Assembly (NCBI GenBank): GCA_902521655.1
Contig: CABYSM010000004.1
Coordinates: 3,125 to 67,124, forward strand
DNA: 64,000 nt
Reading direction: 5' to 3'
From: an uncultured Pelagibacteraceae bacterium
Lineage (GTDB): Bacteria > Pseudomonadota > Alphaproteobacteria > Pelagibacterales > AG-422-B15
Position numbers and translations under genes: made by a program. The notes under the pieces are model-generated. The model was not told where the DNA came from. It worked only from the letters and a program-made list of their open reading frames with translations, and did no database searches. Numbering within the stretch: position 1 is the first letter of the stretch; each line of letters opens with the position of its first letter. Of this stretch, positions 20,323-28,801 are shown one piece after another.

Positions 20323-20946
20323 CTATTTCTCAATTTTTGGGGCAACTCGTTTTTCTTGAATACTATCAATTATACCAAATTTTTGAGCATCGGTTGGCGA
20401 CATAAAGTTATCTCTTTCAAGTGCTTCTTCAATGGCTTCAACAGGTTGACCTGTATGCTTTGAATAAATTTTATTAAGATTGGATTTTTGAGCTAATACT
20501 TCTTTTGCATGTATTTCAATATCTGTGGCTTGGCCTTGAAAACCAGCTGAAGGCTGGTGTACCATAATTCTGCTGTTTGGAAGTGCAAATCTTTTATCCT
20601 TTTCACCGGCGGCAAGTAAAAACGATCCCATGGATGCGGCTTGCCCAAAACATAGAGTTGAAACAGGTGATTGAATAAATTGCATTGTATCATAAATTGC
20701 CAAGCCATCGCTAACGACACCACCAGGTGAATTTATATATAAAGATATTTCTTTCTCAGGATTTTCTGACTCTAAAAATAAAAGCTGAGCGGAAACTAAT
20801 GATGCCATACTGTCATTTACTGGGCCAACTAAAAAAATAATTCTCTCTTTGAGAAGCCTAGAGTAGATATCAAAAGCCCTTTCACCTCTACCAGTCTGCT
20901 CTACCACCATGGGAACAAGCTGATTAAATATTTTATTACTATCCAT
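20323..20946 (-). CDS. clpP: ATP-dependent Clp protease proteolytic subunit
   Basis: Catalytic-Ser region [14 protein letters not shown] and His region IMVHQPS. 207 aa. Confidence 0.97.
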   Translation of the reverse strand: MDSNKIFNQLVPMVVEQTGRGERAFDIYSRLLKERIIFLVGPVNDSMASLVSAQLLFLESENPEKEISLYINSPGGVVSDGLAIYDTMQFIQSPVSTLCFGQAASMGSFLLAAGEKDKRFALPNSRIMVHQPSAGFQGQATDIEIHAKEVLAQKSNLNKIYSKHTGQPVEAIEEALERDNFMSPTDAQKFGIIDSIQEKRVAPKIEK

Positions 20947-20950
20947 TTTA

Positions 20951-22363
20951 TTATTTAGATTTTTTCTTAACTGTTTTCTTTTTAGCAGCCTTCTTTTTAG
21001 TAGCTGGTTCTGCTACTTCATTAACGTTATTGTAAAGCTTAATGAACGAATCTACGTCAACTTCTTTCTTTTTCAATTTAACCTTAGATAAAATAAAGTC
21101 TACAATTTTGTTCTCATATAATGGAGCCTGTAGTTGCATTGAAGCTTCTTGATTACTCCTGTAATAATCAATGACTTTTTGCTCTTGTCCTTTAAAGTTA
21201 CTCGCATACTCAAATAAGGCTTTATTCATTTCTTCAGGTGTAACAGATATTTTATTTACTTTACCTATTTCCTGTAAAATTAACCCCATTTCAATCCTAC
21301 TTTTTGCATCTTCCTTAAATTTTTTTTCATTTTCTGCAGAAAGCTTTTGGTCTTTTATTTCTTTTTGATGGTCAATCGAAGAAGGATTTTGAGACTGAAG
21401 GTAATTGGCAGATAAATTGTTAAATTCAGCGTCTATTAAATCTTGTGGCAATTCGAAATCGTGAATTTTTTGAAGTTTCTCAAATAAGTTTTTCTTATCT
21501 AAGTTTTTAGTTAAGTCGCTGTACTCAGTTGTCATCTGAGTTTCAACTTTGGATTTCAAATCCTTTAAATTTTCAGCTCCCATTGATTTGGCCAATTCAT
21601 CGTTAACTTTAGACTCTTCTGGTGAACTTACTTTTTTAATTTCACACTGAAATACAGCATTAGCATCCTGAAGTTCTTTTGCATTATAGTCAGCAGGGAA
21701 TTTAACTTTGACATTTTTCTTATCACCTTTTTTACACCCAACCAACCCATCTTCAAGATCCTTAATGTATCTGCCTGACCCCAATACTATTGTCTGGTTT
21801 TCTGCCTTGCCGCCGTCAAAATTTTTTCCATCAATTGTGCCTTCGTAATCAAGTAAGATAGAGTCATCTTTTTTTGATTTATAGTCATCAGGTTTTTCTT
21901 TATAAGTTCTTTGAGACTTAGCGATCATTTCTATTCGCTTATCAATTTCTTTTTTATCGAGCTTTACACTGATAGACTCAATTTCAATCTTATCAAATTT
22001 AGCAATTTCAATTTCAGGAAATAGTTCAAACTCTATTTTGAAAACTTTATCTTCATTCGGCTTATTATCTTTTTCATTTTTAAAATCTACTTTTGGTTGT
22101 GATACAGGTCTATGTTTATTTTCTTGAATGATTTTTGAAACATTTTCATTAACTACAGCATTGAGTACTTCTGCATTGATAGCTTCACCATGCTTTTGCA
22201 TGATAATATTGTTTGGAACTTTACCTGGCCTAAATCCATCGACTTTTATAGTTTTTTTTATCTCTTCAATTTTGGCATCGAGACTTTTATTATAAACGTC
22301 TGCAGCAACAGTGAATTCGTAACCTCTTTTAAGTCCTTTATTTAATGTTTCTTTATAATTCAT
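20951..22363 (-). CDS. tig: Trigger factor
   Basis: N-terminal ribosome-binding region with GFRPGKVP motif and a central FKBP-like domain. 470 aa with a Lys-rich C-terminal tail. Confidence 0.93.
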   Translation of the reverse strand: MNYKETLNKGLKRGYEFTVAADVYNKSLDAKIEEIKKTIKVDGFRPGKVPNNIIMQKHGEAINAEVLNAVVNENVSKIIQENKHRPVSQPKVDFKNEKDNKPNEDKVFKIEFELFPEIEIAKFDKIEIESISVKLDKKEIDKRIEMIAKSQRTYKEKPDDYKSKKDDSILLDYEGTIDGKNFDGGKAENQTIVLGSGRYIKDLEDGLVGCKKGDKKNVKVKFPADYNAKELQDANAVFQCEIKKVSSPEESKVNDELAKSMGAENLKDLKSKVETQMTTEYSDLTKNLDKKNLFEKLQKIHDFELPQDLIDAEFNNLSANYLQSQNPSSIDHQKEIKDQKLSAENEKKFKEDAKSRIEMGLILQEIGKVNKISVTPEEMNKALFEYASNFKGQEQKVIDYYRSNQEASMQLQAPLYENKIVDFILSKVKLKKKEVDVDSFIKLYNNVNEVAEPATKKKAAKKKTVKKKSK

Positions 22364-22373
22364 ATTCTTTTTA

Positions 22374-22458
22374 TGGTGCGGATAGAGGGACTCGAACCCC
22401 CATGAGTTGCCTCACTGGTACCTAAAACCAGCGTGTCTACCAATTCCACCATATCCGC
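22374..22458 (-). tRNA. tRNA-Leu (anticodon TAG)
   Basis: Reverse complement is GCGGATATGGTGGAATTGGTAGACACGCTGGTTTTAGGTACCAGTGAGGCAACTCATGGGGGTTCGAGTCCCTCTATCCGCACCA. Long variable arm (class II), anticodon loop TTTAGGT. Confidence 0.93.
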
Positions 22459-22544
22459 GATTAATAGAAAATGCAAAATAGACTATTTTTTAGATGTTTA
22501 CAGTAAAATATTCTAATTTGATGCTATAGTTTTGCTGAATAATT

Positions 22545-23486
22545 ATGAAGAAAAATATCGTATTTCTAGATAGTTCAACATTCCCATCAAATATCTTATT
22601 TCCCAAACTTAGTTTTAATCATACTTGGAAGAACTATAAATTTACAAAAAAAGCAGAAGTTAAAGAAAGGATTAATAAAGCGAATATAGTTGTTACAAAC
22701 AAAATAGAACTTAACAAATCTAACTTAAAATCTGCAAAAGATTTAGAGCTGATTGCCATAACCGCAACTGGGACAAATATAATAGACTTAGATTATTGTA
22801 AGGCGCACAATATTTCAGTTTGCAACCTGAGCAATTATGCTTCTGTGTCTGTAGCTGAACATGTTTTAACGCTTATGCTTGCTTTGTCTAAAAACATTAA
22901 GGGCCTAGAAAGGGATATTAATAAAAAGATTTGGCAAAAGAGAAAAGTATTTGCATTGCTAAGTAGAGAAATAAATGACCTGAACGGTAAGACGCTTGGA
23001 ATTATTGGCAAAGGATCTATAGGTATAAAAGTTGGTAAATTAGCAAAAGCTTTTGGAATGAAAGTTAAATTTTTTTCAGTTAGAAAATACAAAGGAATTG
23101 AATTTAAAAAATTTATTTCATCGCTTGATTATATTTCAATACATTGTCCATTAAATCGCAATACAGAGAACCTAATTACAATTAAAGAACTTAAATTAAT
23201 GAAGCATAACTTGATTTTAATAAATACTGCTAGAGGCGGTATTGTTAATGAAGTGGATTTAACAAAAGCATTAAAACGAAAGATCATTGCAGGTGCAGGA
23301 ATAGACGTAACAACTACTGAACCTCCTAACCCATCACACGCTTACTATAGCATTCTAAATAAATCTAACTTTATTTGGACACCTCATACTGCATGGGCGT
23401 CACAAGAAACACTTCAAGGTGCAATTAATCAATTAATAGAAAATATAAATTCTTTTTATAAAGGTAAAAAAAGAAACATTGTTTAA
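22545..23486 (+). CDS. D-isomer-specific 2-hydroxyacid dehydrogenase (glycerate dehydrogenase/hydroxypyruvate reductase-like)
   Basis: NAD-binding GIIGKGSIGIKVGKLAKAFGM and catalytic-region motifs INTARGGIVNE and TPHTAWAS. 313 aa. Confidence 0.88.
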   Translation: MKKNIVFLDSSTFPSNILFPKLSFNHTWKNYKFTKKAEVKERINKANIVVTNKIELNKSNLKSAKDLELIAITATGTNIIDLDYCKAHNISVCNLSNYASVSVAEHVLTLMLALSKNIKGLERDINKKIWQKRKVFALLSREINDLNGKTLGIIGKGSIGIKVGKLAKAFGMKVKFFSVRKYKGIEFKKFISSLDYISIHCPLNRNTENLITIKELKLMKHNLILINTARGGIVNEVDLTKALKRKIIAGAGIDVTTTEPPNPSHAYYSILNKSNFIWTPHTAWASQETLQGAINQLIENINSFYKGKKRNIV

Positions 23487-23617
23487 TCTTTCTTAATTCC
23501 AGCACATTTTTTTGAACAGTAAACAACTCGATCCCAATTCAATCTCCATTTTTTTCTCCAGTTGAAAGGTCTATTGCATACTGGACATATTTTAGATGGT
23601 AAGTTTTCTTTTTTCAT
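23483..23617 (-). CDS. Small zinc-ribbon protein, DUF2256-like (44 aa)
   Basis: Hand translation gives MKKENLPSKICPVCNRPFNWRKKWRLNWDRVVYCSKKCAGIKKD. The CxxC...F.WRKKW...W..V.YCS..C pattern matches my memory of DUF2256. Below the ORF-track size cutoff. Confidence 0.7.
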   Translation of the reverse strand: MKKENLPSKICPVCNRPFNWRKKWRLNWDRVVYCSKKCAGIKKD

Positions 23618-23636
23618 GATCTATTAATTAAATAGT

Positions 23637-23855
23637 ATGAAATTATTTCAAGTCCATACCGGTTTCTATGATCCTAATATTTCAGACGGCTTTTATGAGG
23701 GTCATACCAATATTTTTGTTTGTGCAAAAGATGAAAAAGAAGCGCGAAAAGTAGTAAAAGAAAAAAAAGAATATAAAAAATTTAAAATGCACATTGATGG
23801 TATTCAAGAAATAACTACCGTAGGCGACTATAAAGTGGAGCTGACTAAGATTTAA
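23637..23855 (+). CDS. Small hypothetical protein (possibly DUF1543-like)
   Basis: 72-aa ORF MKLFQVHTGFYD...HTNIFVCAKDEKEA...MHIDGIQEI..VGDYKVEL. Pattern loosely recalls DUF1543. The family call is tentative. Confidence 0.6.
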   Translation: MKLFQVHTGFYDPNISDGFYEGHTNIFVCAKDEKEARKVVKEKKEYKKFKMHIDGIQEITTVGDYKVELTKI

Positions 23856-25738
23856 GCTCTAGTGCATTTACCACTCATAAAAGTTCTATAGATCTCATCA
23901 ACTTCCTCATTTGTAAGAGTTGTTCTATTGAACATTCTATCAATAATATAGCATTTCTGATTAACAGTTATATTCTCACTTGATATTCCTTGTAGTATAG
24001 AATCTGCAGATAAAGTACTGTTAAACATAGTAATGCCTTTATCATTTACTGTGTCAAAAACTATGAATCTTTCATCCTGATTTTTTTTGTCCCAGGGCTT
24101 CCATTCTGTGTCTACGTCATAAGGTAAGGAGTTTGGATTCCCATCGTATGCAAAATTTACCCAGTACTTGCCCATTTTTGTTGCCAGATCTAAATCTGTA
24201 TCTTTATTATTTTCGTCATACATAACATCATTAATTGCATCAAAACTCTCACCTAATAAACCGCCAGATTTAAATACAAAAGCCAATTCCATCGCATGCC
24301 CAGCACCCAATAATTTTGGGAGATCAAGATTTATATTTACACCGGGAATATTAAAGCCAAGTATTTGATCAAGTCCTAAATCTCTATTTTGCTCATCCCA
24401 ATCAAATCTATATGCATATACATTTGACTCTTTGTTAAGAGACGTAAAGTCTGAAGGCAAATCAACGGCTCCATATTTCCATGACTCAGCCATGTACCTT
24501 GCATATACATCGTAAAATTTCGGATCTTTGGGCTTTACATATAAATTAAAATATTCTGAGACAGGTCTAAGAAATGCAAGAGGTCTATCTACAAATTCAT
24601 CATTTGCAAACATAAAAAGTTTATCCTCATCCCTTGTAGATCCAAATATCATTGGCTTGTCGTGCATTTCACCATCACGATATACTCCGTATATACCTTT
24701 CATAGGAATAACGACTCCATCTGGAATAACGTTTGGTACATCTATCAATCCTCCACTATCGTTTCTAACGCGATAATAAGAAATAATATCTTTTGCACTT
24801 GCTGATCTTAAAAAATCTGTAGACATCATCTTATTACTCATAAAATTAGATAGCTCTTCATCTATAATATTTGGATTTTTTGATTTAATAAGATGCTTTA
24901 ACAAACTCAAAGAGCCTGCTCTGTCGTTATTTTCAGAATATTCTAGCGAGTCTGACCCTAAGTAGCCGCTCTGTGAAATACCTCTTTGAAACAAGTCCTT
25001 ACTTAAAGGCGAAGACATAAGAGAAATAACATTTCGAGCCCCAGCAGATTCACCAAAAATAGTTATGTTATCAGGGTCTCCATTAAAATGTGAAATATGC
25101 TCATTAACCCAGTCAAGAGACTTTATAATGTCTAGTGTCCCAAAATTAGCTGTATTGTCTAGTGAGTTATCTGAGTCTTGATTTAGTCCACTATAGGCAA
25201 ACCATCCAAAAGGTCCTAATCTATAGTTTGTAGTAACCAATATTACATCGTGTTCTAAAATAAAATCACCCGATGTGAATATATTTGAGGCTGAATATCC
25301 CCATGTATTGCCTCCACCATGTATCCAAAAAACAACTGGGAGTTTTTCTTTGCTGTTATAAGCTTTTTCAGAAAGGTAAATATTTAAATACAGACAATCT
25401 TCTGAACCTATAATCGATCCTCCTTCAATACCATCCATCTCATCATAAAAATTACTTACTTGCATGCATCTGCTTGGTAAGGTGGTTGCTTCAAACGTGT
25501 CAGGATATATATCAAGTTCCCTTGGGGCCTTCCATCTTAAATCGCCTACTGGAGGCTTTGCAAAAGGGATCCCTACAAACGAGATTGTCTTTTTACCATC
25601 TTTTTCTTTTTCAACTGAACCAATAAATTCTGTATTTTTAACTTTAAAGGTGTAAGAAGCTTCCGCATACAATGAACTGACTTGCAGAAATATAAAAGAG
25701 ACTAAGGCTATGATTATTTTAGTTACTGTTCTTGGCAT
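23852..25738 (-). CDS. Secreted type-B carboxylesterase/cholinesterase-family hydrolase
   Basis: N-terminal signal-like segment (IIIALVSFIFLQVSSLYAEA), EDCLYLNIY, VFWIHGGG, and nucleophile elbow FGESAGA. 628 aa. Confidence 0.88.
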   Translation of the reverse strand: MPRTVTKIIIALVSFIFLQVSSLYAEASYTFKVKNTEFIGSVEKEKDGKKTISFVGIPFAKPPVGDLRWKAPRELDIYPDTFEATTLPSRCMQVSNFYDEMDGIEGGSIIGSEDCLYLNIYLSEKAYNSKEKLPVVFWIHGGGNTWGYSASNIFTSGDFILEHDVILVTTNYRLGPFGWFAYSGLNQDSDNSLDNTANFGTLDIIKSLDWVNEHISHFNGDPDNITIFGESAGARNVISLMSSPLSKDLFQRGISQSGYLGSDSLEYSENNDRAGSLSLLKHLIKSKNPNIIDEELSNFMSNKMMSTDFLRSASAKDIISYYRVRNDSGGLIDVPNVIPDGVVIPMKGIYGVYRDGEMHDKPMIFGSTRDEDKLFMFANDEFVDRPLAFLRPVSEYFNLYVKPKDPKFYDVYARYMAESWKYGAVDLPSDFTSLNKESNVYAYRFDWDEQNRDLGLDQILGFNIPGVNINLDLPKLLGAGHAMELAFVFKSGGLLGESFDAINDVMYDENNKDTDLDLATKMGKYWVNFAYDGNPNSLPYDVDTEWKPWDKKNQDERFIVFDTVNDKGITMFNSTLSADSILQGISSENITVNQKCYIIDRMFNRTTLTNEEVDEIYRTFMSGKCTRA

Positions 25739-27206
25739 ACGAGTGGAGTTTTTTAATCATCAAGGGAATGTTGTCAATAAGATCCTCAGCAATTAGTCCT
25801 GGACCTAGCATTTCCCCAAGTTTTGAATGAATATATGCACCGGCACAAGCCGCGTCAAAGGCCTTCATTTTATTTTCTCCAACTAGAGACGCAATGATTC
25901 CAGCAAGAACATCGCCTGATCCTGCTGTTGCTAAATAAGGAGCTTCGCTAGAATTTATTACAACATTACCGTTAGGGCTAGCTATAACTGTATCAGCGCC
26001 TTTTAGTAAAACTATACTTCCAGCTAACTTTGCTGCTTCGATACATTTAAGAACTTTATCGTTCATTGATGCGATATCTTCACCGAATAATCTTTTAAAT
26101 TCTCCCTCGTGAGGTGTTAATATTGTATGTGGATAGGTATCAATAAAAAGCTCGGTTGGATTATTTTCAAAGCACGTAATTGCATCAGCATCTATTACAC
26201 AGTTATCAACAAAAGCTAATGACATTAAAGTTCTAGCTTTTGTTTCGTCATTCACGCCATTTCCAGGACCTATAAGTGCACTTGAGACCCTTTTATCTTT
26301 AAGGAGTTTCTGAAAATCATTTTTTTCTTTTATTACAGATAATAATTCTACTGAGATTTGCGGTTCTAATATTTCTGCCGTTTCCTCATCACAGACCATA
26401 GTTACTGCTCCTGCACCGACTCTTAAAGCGGACCGACCAGCTAATCGAGCTGCTCCAGTTTGATATTTTGGACCAGTATTAATAACCAGCATTCCTCTTG
26501 AATACTTATGGTCACTTGATACGGGGAAAGGAAATTGATCAATCCATAGAGATGGTTCATTTTTCTTTATTTTAGGCATAATTTTTTTTATAACATTTTT
26601 CGATATACCAATATCCTCAACTACTATTTCTCCACAATACTGTCTTCCAGGCAATAAATAATGGCATAATTTTTTATTAAAAAAAGTTACGGTTTTTTTG
26701 GATTTAAATGCCGTTCCATGAACTTCGCCCGTGTCACTATTTATACCGGTTGGAACGTCAATAGAATACACATCTAAATCAGCTGAATTAATATCATTTA
26801 TAAGATCATTTATTTCATCTGGTAGATTCCTAGAGAGCCCCGTGCCAAATAATGCATCAACTACATATTCATAATTAGATAAATCACTTGGTTTTTTTTT
26901 TAATATCAGTTGATCTAATTTATTTTTATAAAACTGATTATCTTTGGATGGGATTTTACCAAATTTAAAAGATACAACCTCTACTGCAACACCAAGACTT
27001 GATAGGAGTCCTGCAACTACATATCCATCTCCGCCATTATTGCCAGGCCCACAAATGATCAAAACTATGCCATTATGATCAAGTGGAAGATTTTTAAGAA
27101 CAGCCTCGCCAGCATTATGCATCAAACTTTGACTAGAAATGCCATTTTTTATAGCTAGCTGATCAGCTGCCATCATTTCATCGCTAGTAAATATGTATTC
27201 AGTCAT
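25719..27206 (-). CDS. nnr: Bifunctional NAD(P)H-hydrate repair enzyme (epimerase/ADP-dependent dehydratase)
   Basis: YjeF-N domain (ICGPGNNGGDGYVVAGLL) fused to a YjeF-C carbohydrate-kinase domain (GSGDVLAGIIASL). 495 aa. Confidence 0.92.
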   Translation of the reverse strand: MTEYIFTSDEMMAADQLAIKNGISSQSLMHNAGEAVLKNLPLDHNGIVLIICGPGNNGGDGYVVAGLLSSLGVAVEVVSFKFGKIPSKDNQFYKNKLDQLILKKKPSDLSNYEYVVDALFGTGLSRNLPDEINDLINDINSADLDVYSIDVPTGINSDTGEVHGTAFKSKKTVTFFNKKLCHYLLPGRQYCGEIVVEDIGISKNVIKKIMPKIKKNEPSLWIDQFPFPVSSDHKYSRGMLVINTGPKYQTGAARLAGRSALRVGAGAVTMVCDEETAEILEPQISVELLSVIKEKNDFQKLLKDKRVSSALIGPGNGVNDETKARTLMSLAFVDNCVIDADAITCFENNPTELFIDTYPHTILTPHEGEFKRLFGEDIASMNDKVLKCIEAAKLAGSIVLLKGADTVIASPNGNVVINSSEAPYLATAGSGDVLAGIIASLVGENKMKAFDAACAGAYIHSKLGEMLGPGLIAEDLIDNIPLMIKKLHSYAKNSN

Positions 27207-27328
27207 ACTTTAAGAAAAATATATAAGCTAATGAATAAAATGAATAATTGTAATTAATTTCACGAGCAGTCTTTTTGTTCTTTGTCATTCTGGCATATGA
27301 TCAATATGTATATAATCTATCATTAATT

Positions 27329-27350
27329 TTAATTTCCTTCTGGAAATTAA
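27329..27350 (+). promoter_or_regulatory. Perfect 9-bp inverted repeat (TTAATTTCC-ttct-GGAAATTAA) in the glnB leader/promoter
   Basis: Read directly. Lies 12 nt downstream of a perfect TATAAT (27311-27316) and 32 nt upstream of the glnB ATG. Could be an operator or a leader RNA hairpin. Confidence 0.35.
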
Positions 27351-27381
27351 TAATATAAAACAATCAGGTTAAATTACATCA

Positions 27382-27717
27382 ATGAAAAAAATAGAAGCGA
27401 TCATAAAACCCTTCAAAATTGACGAGGTTAAAGAAGCTCTTGAAAAGGTTGGGGTCCGCGGTGTTACAATGACTGAAGCCAAAGGCTTAGGTAGGCAACG
27501 TGGTTTTACAGAGGTTAATACTGGTGTTGAGTATGGAGATTTCCTTCCAAAAATTAAGTTAGAAATAATTTTACAAGATGATCTTGTTGATACAGCTGTA
27601 GAGGCCATAAGATCAGCTGCCAATACGAATAGAATTGGTGACGGTAAAATTTTTGTATCAAATATAGATACTGTTCTTAGGATTAGAACTGGAGAAACTG
27701 GTTCTGATGCATTGTAA
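27382..27717 (+). CDS. glnB: Nitrogen regulatory protein P-II
   Basis: [12 protein letters not shown]...GRQ.G.TE....EY..DFLPK...IGDGKIFV...IRTGE. Y51 is present. 111 aa. Confidence 0.95.
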   Translation: MKKIEAIIKPFKIDEVKEALEKVGVRGVTMTEAKGLGRQRGFTEVNTGVEYGDFLPKIKLEIILQDDLVDTAVEAIRSAANTNRIGDGKIFVSNIDTVLRIRTGETGSDAL

Positions 27718-27744
27718 AATCAAACAGAGAAAGGAAAAATTAAT

Positions 27745-28725
27745 ATGTCAGATATAAAAACTTATGAATATATTTGGTTGGATGGTTATAAACCTGAACC
27801 ATTCATGAGAAGTAAAGTTAAAGCAACAACAGAAACAACAGCGCCAGACTGGTCATTTGATGGTTCATCAACGCAACAGGCAGAAGGTGGAAGTTCAGAC
27901 TGTTTACTTCTTCCAGTTCAAACATATACAAATCCAAATGGTCATGATTTGGTAATGACTCAAGTTCAAGCAGCAGATCATACAACTCACCCTTCAAACT
28001 TCAGAGCTGCAGCAGCTGATTTAGTAACTGACGAATGGTGGTTTGGTTTTGAACAAGAGTTCTTTTTTACAGATTCTAAAACAGGTGAACCACTTGGATG
28101 GGAAGATGGTACTCCAAGAGAGCAAGGAGAATACTATTGTGGAGTTGGAGCTGGAAATGTTGTTGGAAGAAAAATTTCTGATGCACATTTAAAGGCATGT
28201 ACCGACCTAGGAATTACTTTAACAGGTACGAACGCGGAAGTTGCGCTTGGGCAATGGGAGTATCAATGTTTTGGTAAAGGCATTAAAGCAGCTGATGATT
28301 TATGGGTAAGTCGGTATCTTTTATTCAAGATCGCTGAAGAACATGGCGTTGGTGTAAATATTCATCCAAAACCAAAAACAGGTGACTGGAATGGTTCAGG
28401 TATGCACACCAATTTCTCAAATGAACAAATGCGTACTGGCGGTTCTGAAGAACTATTTTCTTCTATGTGTGATAAATTAGGTAAGGTTCATGAAGAAGGT
28501 ATTGCTGCCTATGGACCAGATAATGATATGAGACTTACCGGTCTTCATGAAACTCAGAACATTGACCAATTTTCATATGGCGTAAGTGACAGAGGAGCAA
28601 GTATAAGAATTCCTGTTTACACCGTTGAGCATAATTGGAATGGATATCTAGAAGACAGAAGACCAGCTTCTAATGCGGATCCATACAAAATACTTGCTCA
28701 TATTGTTGGGACATTAACTAAGTAG
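27745..28725 (+). CDS. glnII: Glutamine synthetase type II
   Basis: YEYIWLDGYKP N-terminus, EQEFF, NAEVALGQWEYQ, and HPKP..GDWNGSGMHTNFS. 326 aa, typical GSII size. Confidence 0.92.
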   Translation: MSDIKTYEYIWLDGYKPEPFMRSKVKATTETTAPDWSFDGSSTQQAEGGSSDCLLLPVQTYTNPNGHDLVMTQVQAADHTTHPSNFRAAAADLVTDEWWFGFEQEFFFTDSKTGEPLGWEDGTPREQGEYYCGVGAGNVVGRKISDAHLKACTDLGITLTGTNAEVALGQWEYQCFGKGIKAADDLWVSRYLLFKIAEEHGVGVNIHPKPKTGDWNGSGMHTNFSNEQMRTGGSEELFSSMCDKLGKVHEEGIAAYGPDNDMRLTGLHETQNIDQFSYGVSDRGASIRIPVYTVEHNWNGYLEDRRPASNADPYKILAHIVGTLTK

Positions 28726-28745
28726 TCATTAACTAACTAGACATT

Positions 28746-28779
28746 AGCTCAGTAAATGTATTTAATTCATTTACTGGCT
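28746..28779 (+). other. Strong stem-loop between glnII and glnA
   Basis: AGC(t)CAGTAAATG-tatttaatt-CATTTACTGGCT. 9 perfect bp plus 3 more across a 1-nt bulge. No downstream T-tract. Confidence 0.45.
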
Positions 28780-28801
28780 AAATGTATTGGGAAATATTTT
28801 A

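Noticed and set aside
27291-27308. TGGCAT upstream of glnB as a possible sigma-54 -24 element.
   Set aside because: The required GC dinucleotide 10 nt downstream of the GG is absent (TGGCATATGATCAA). I saw no NtrC-type enhancer sites.
27207-27381. Possible glutamine (glnA-motif) riboswitch in the leaders of glnB (27207-27381) or glnA (28726-28801).
   Set aside because: I could not find the conserved CGUUCA...GGAAGUAGG...GGAACG-type core in either region. The leaders are almost pure A/T apart from the hairpins already listed.
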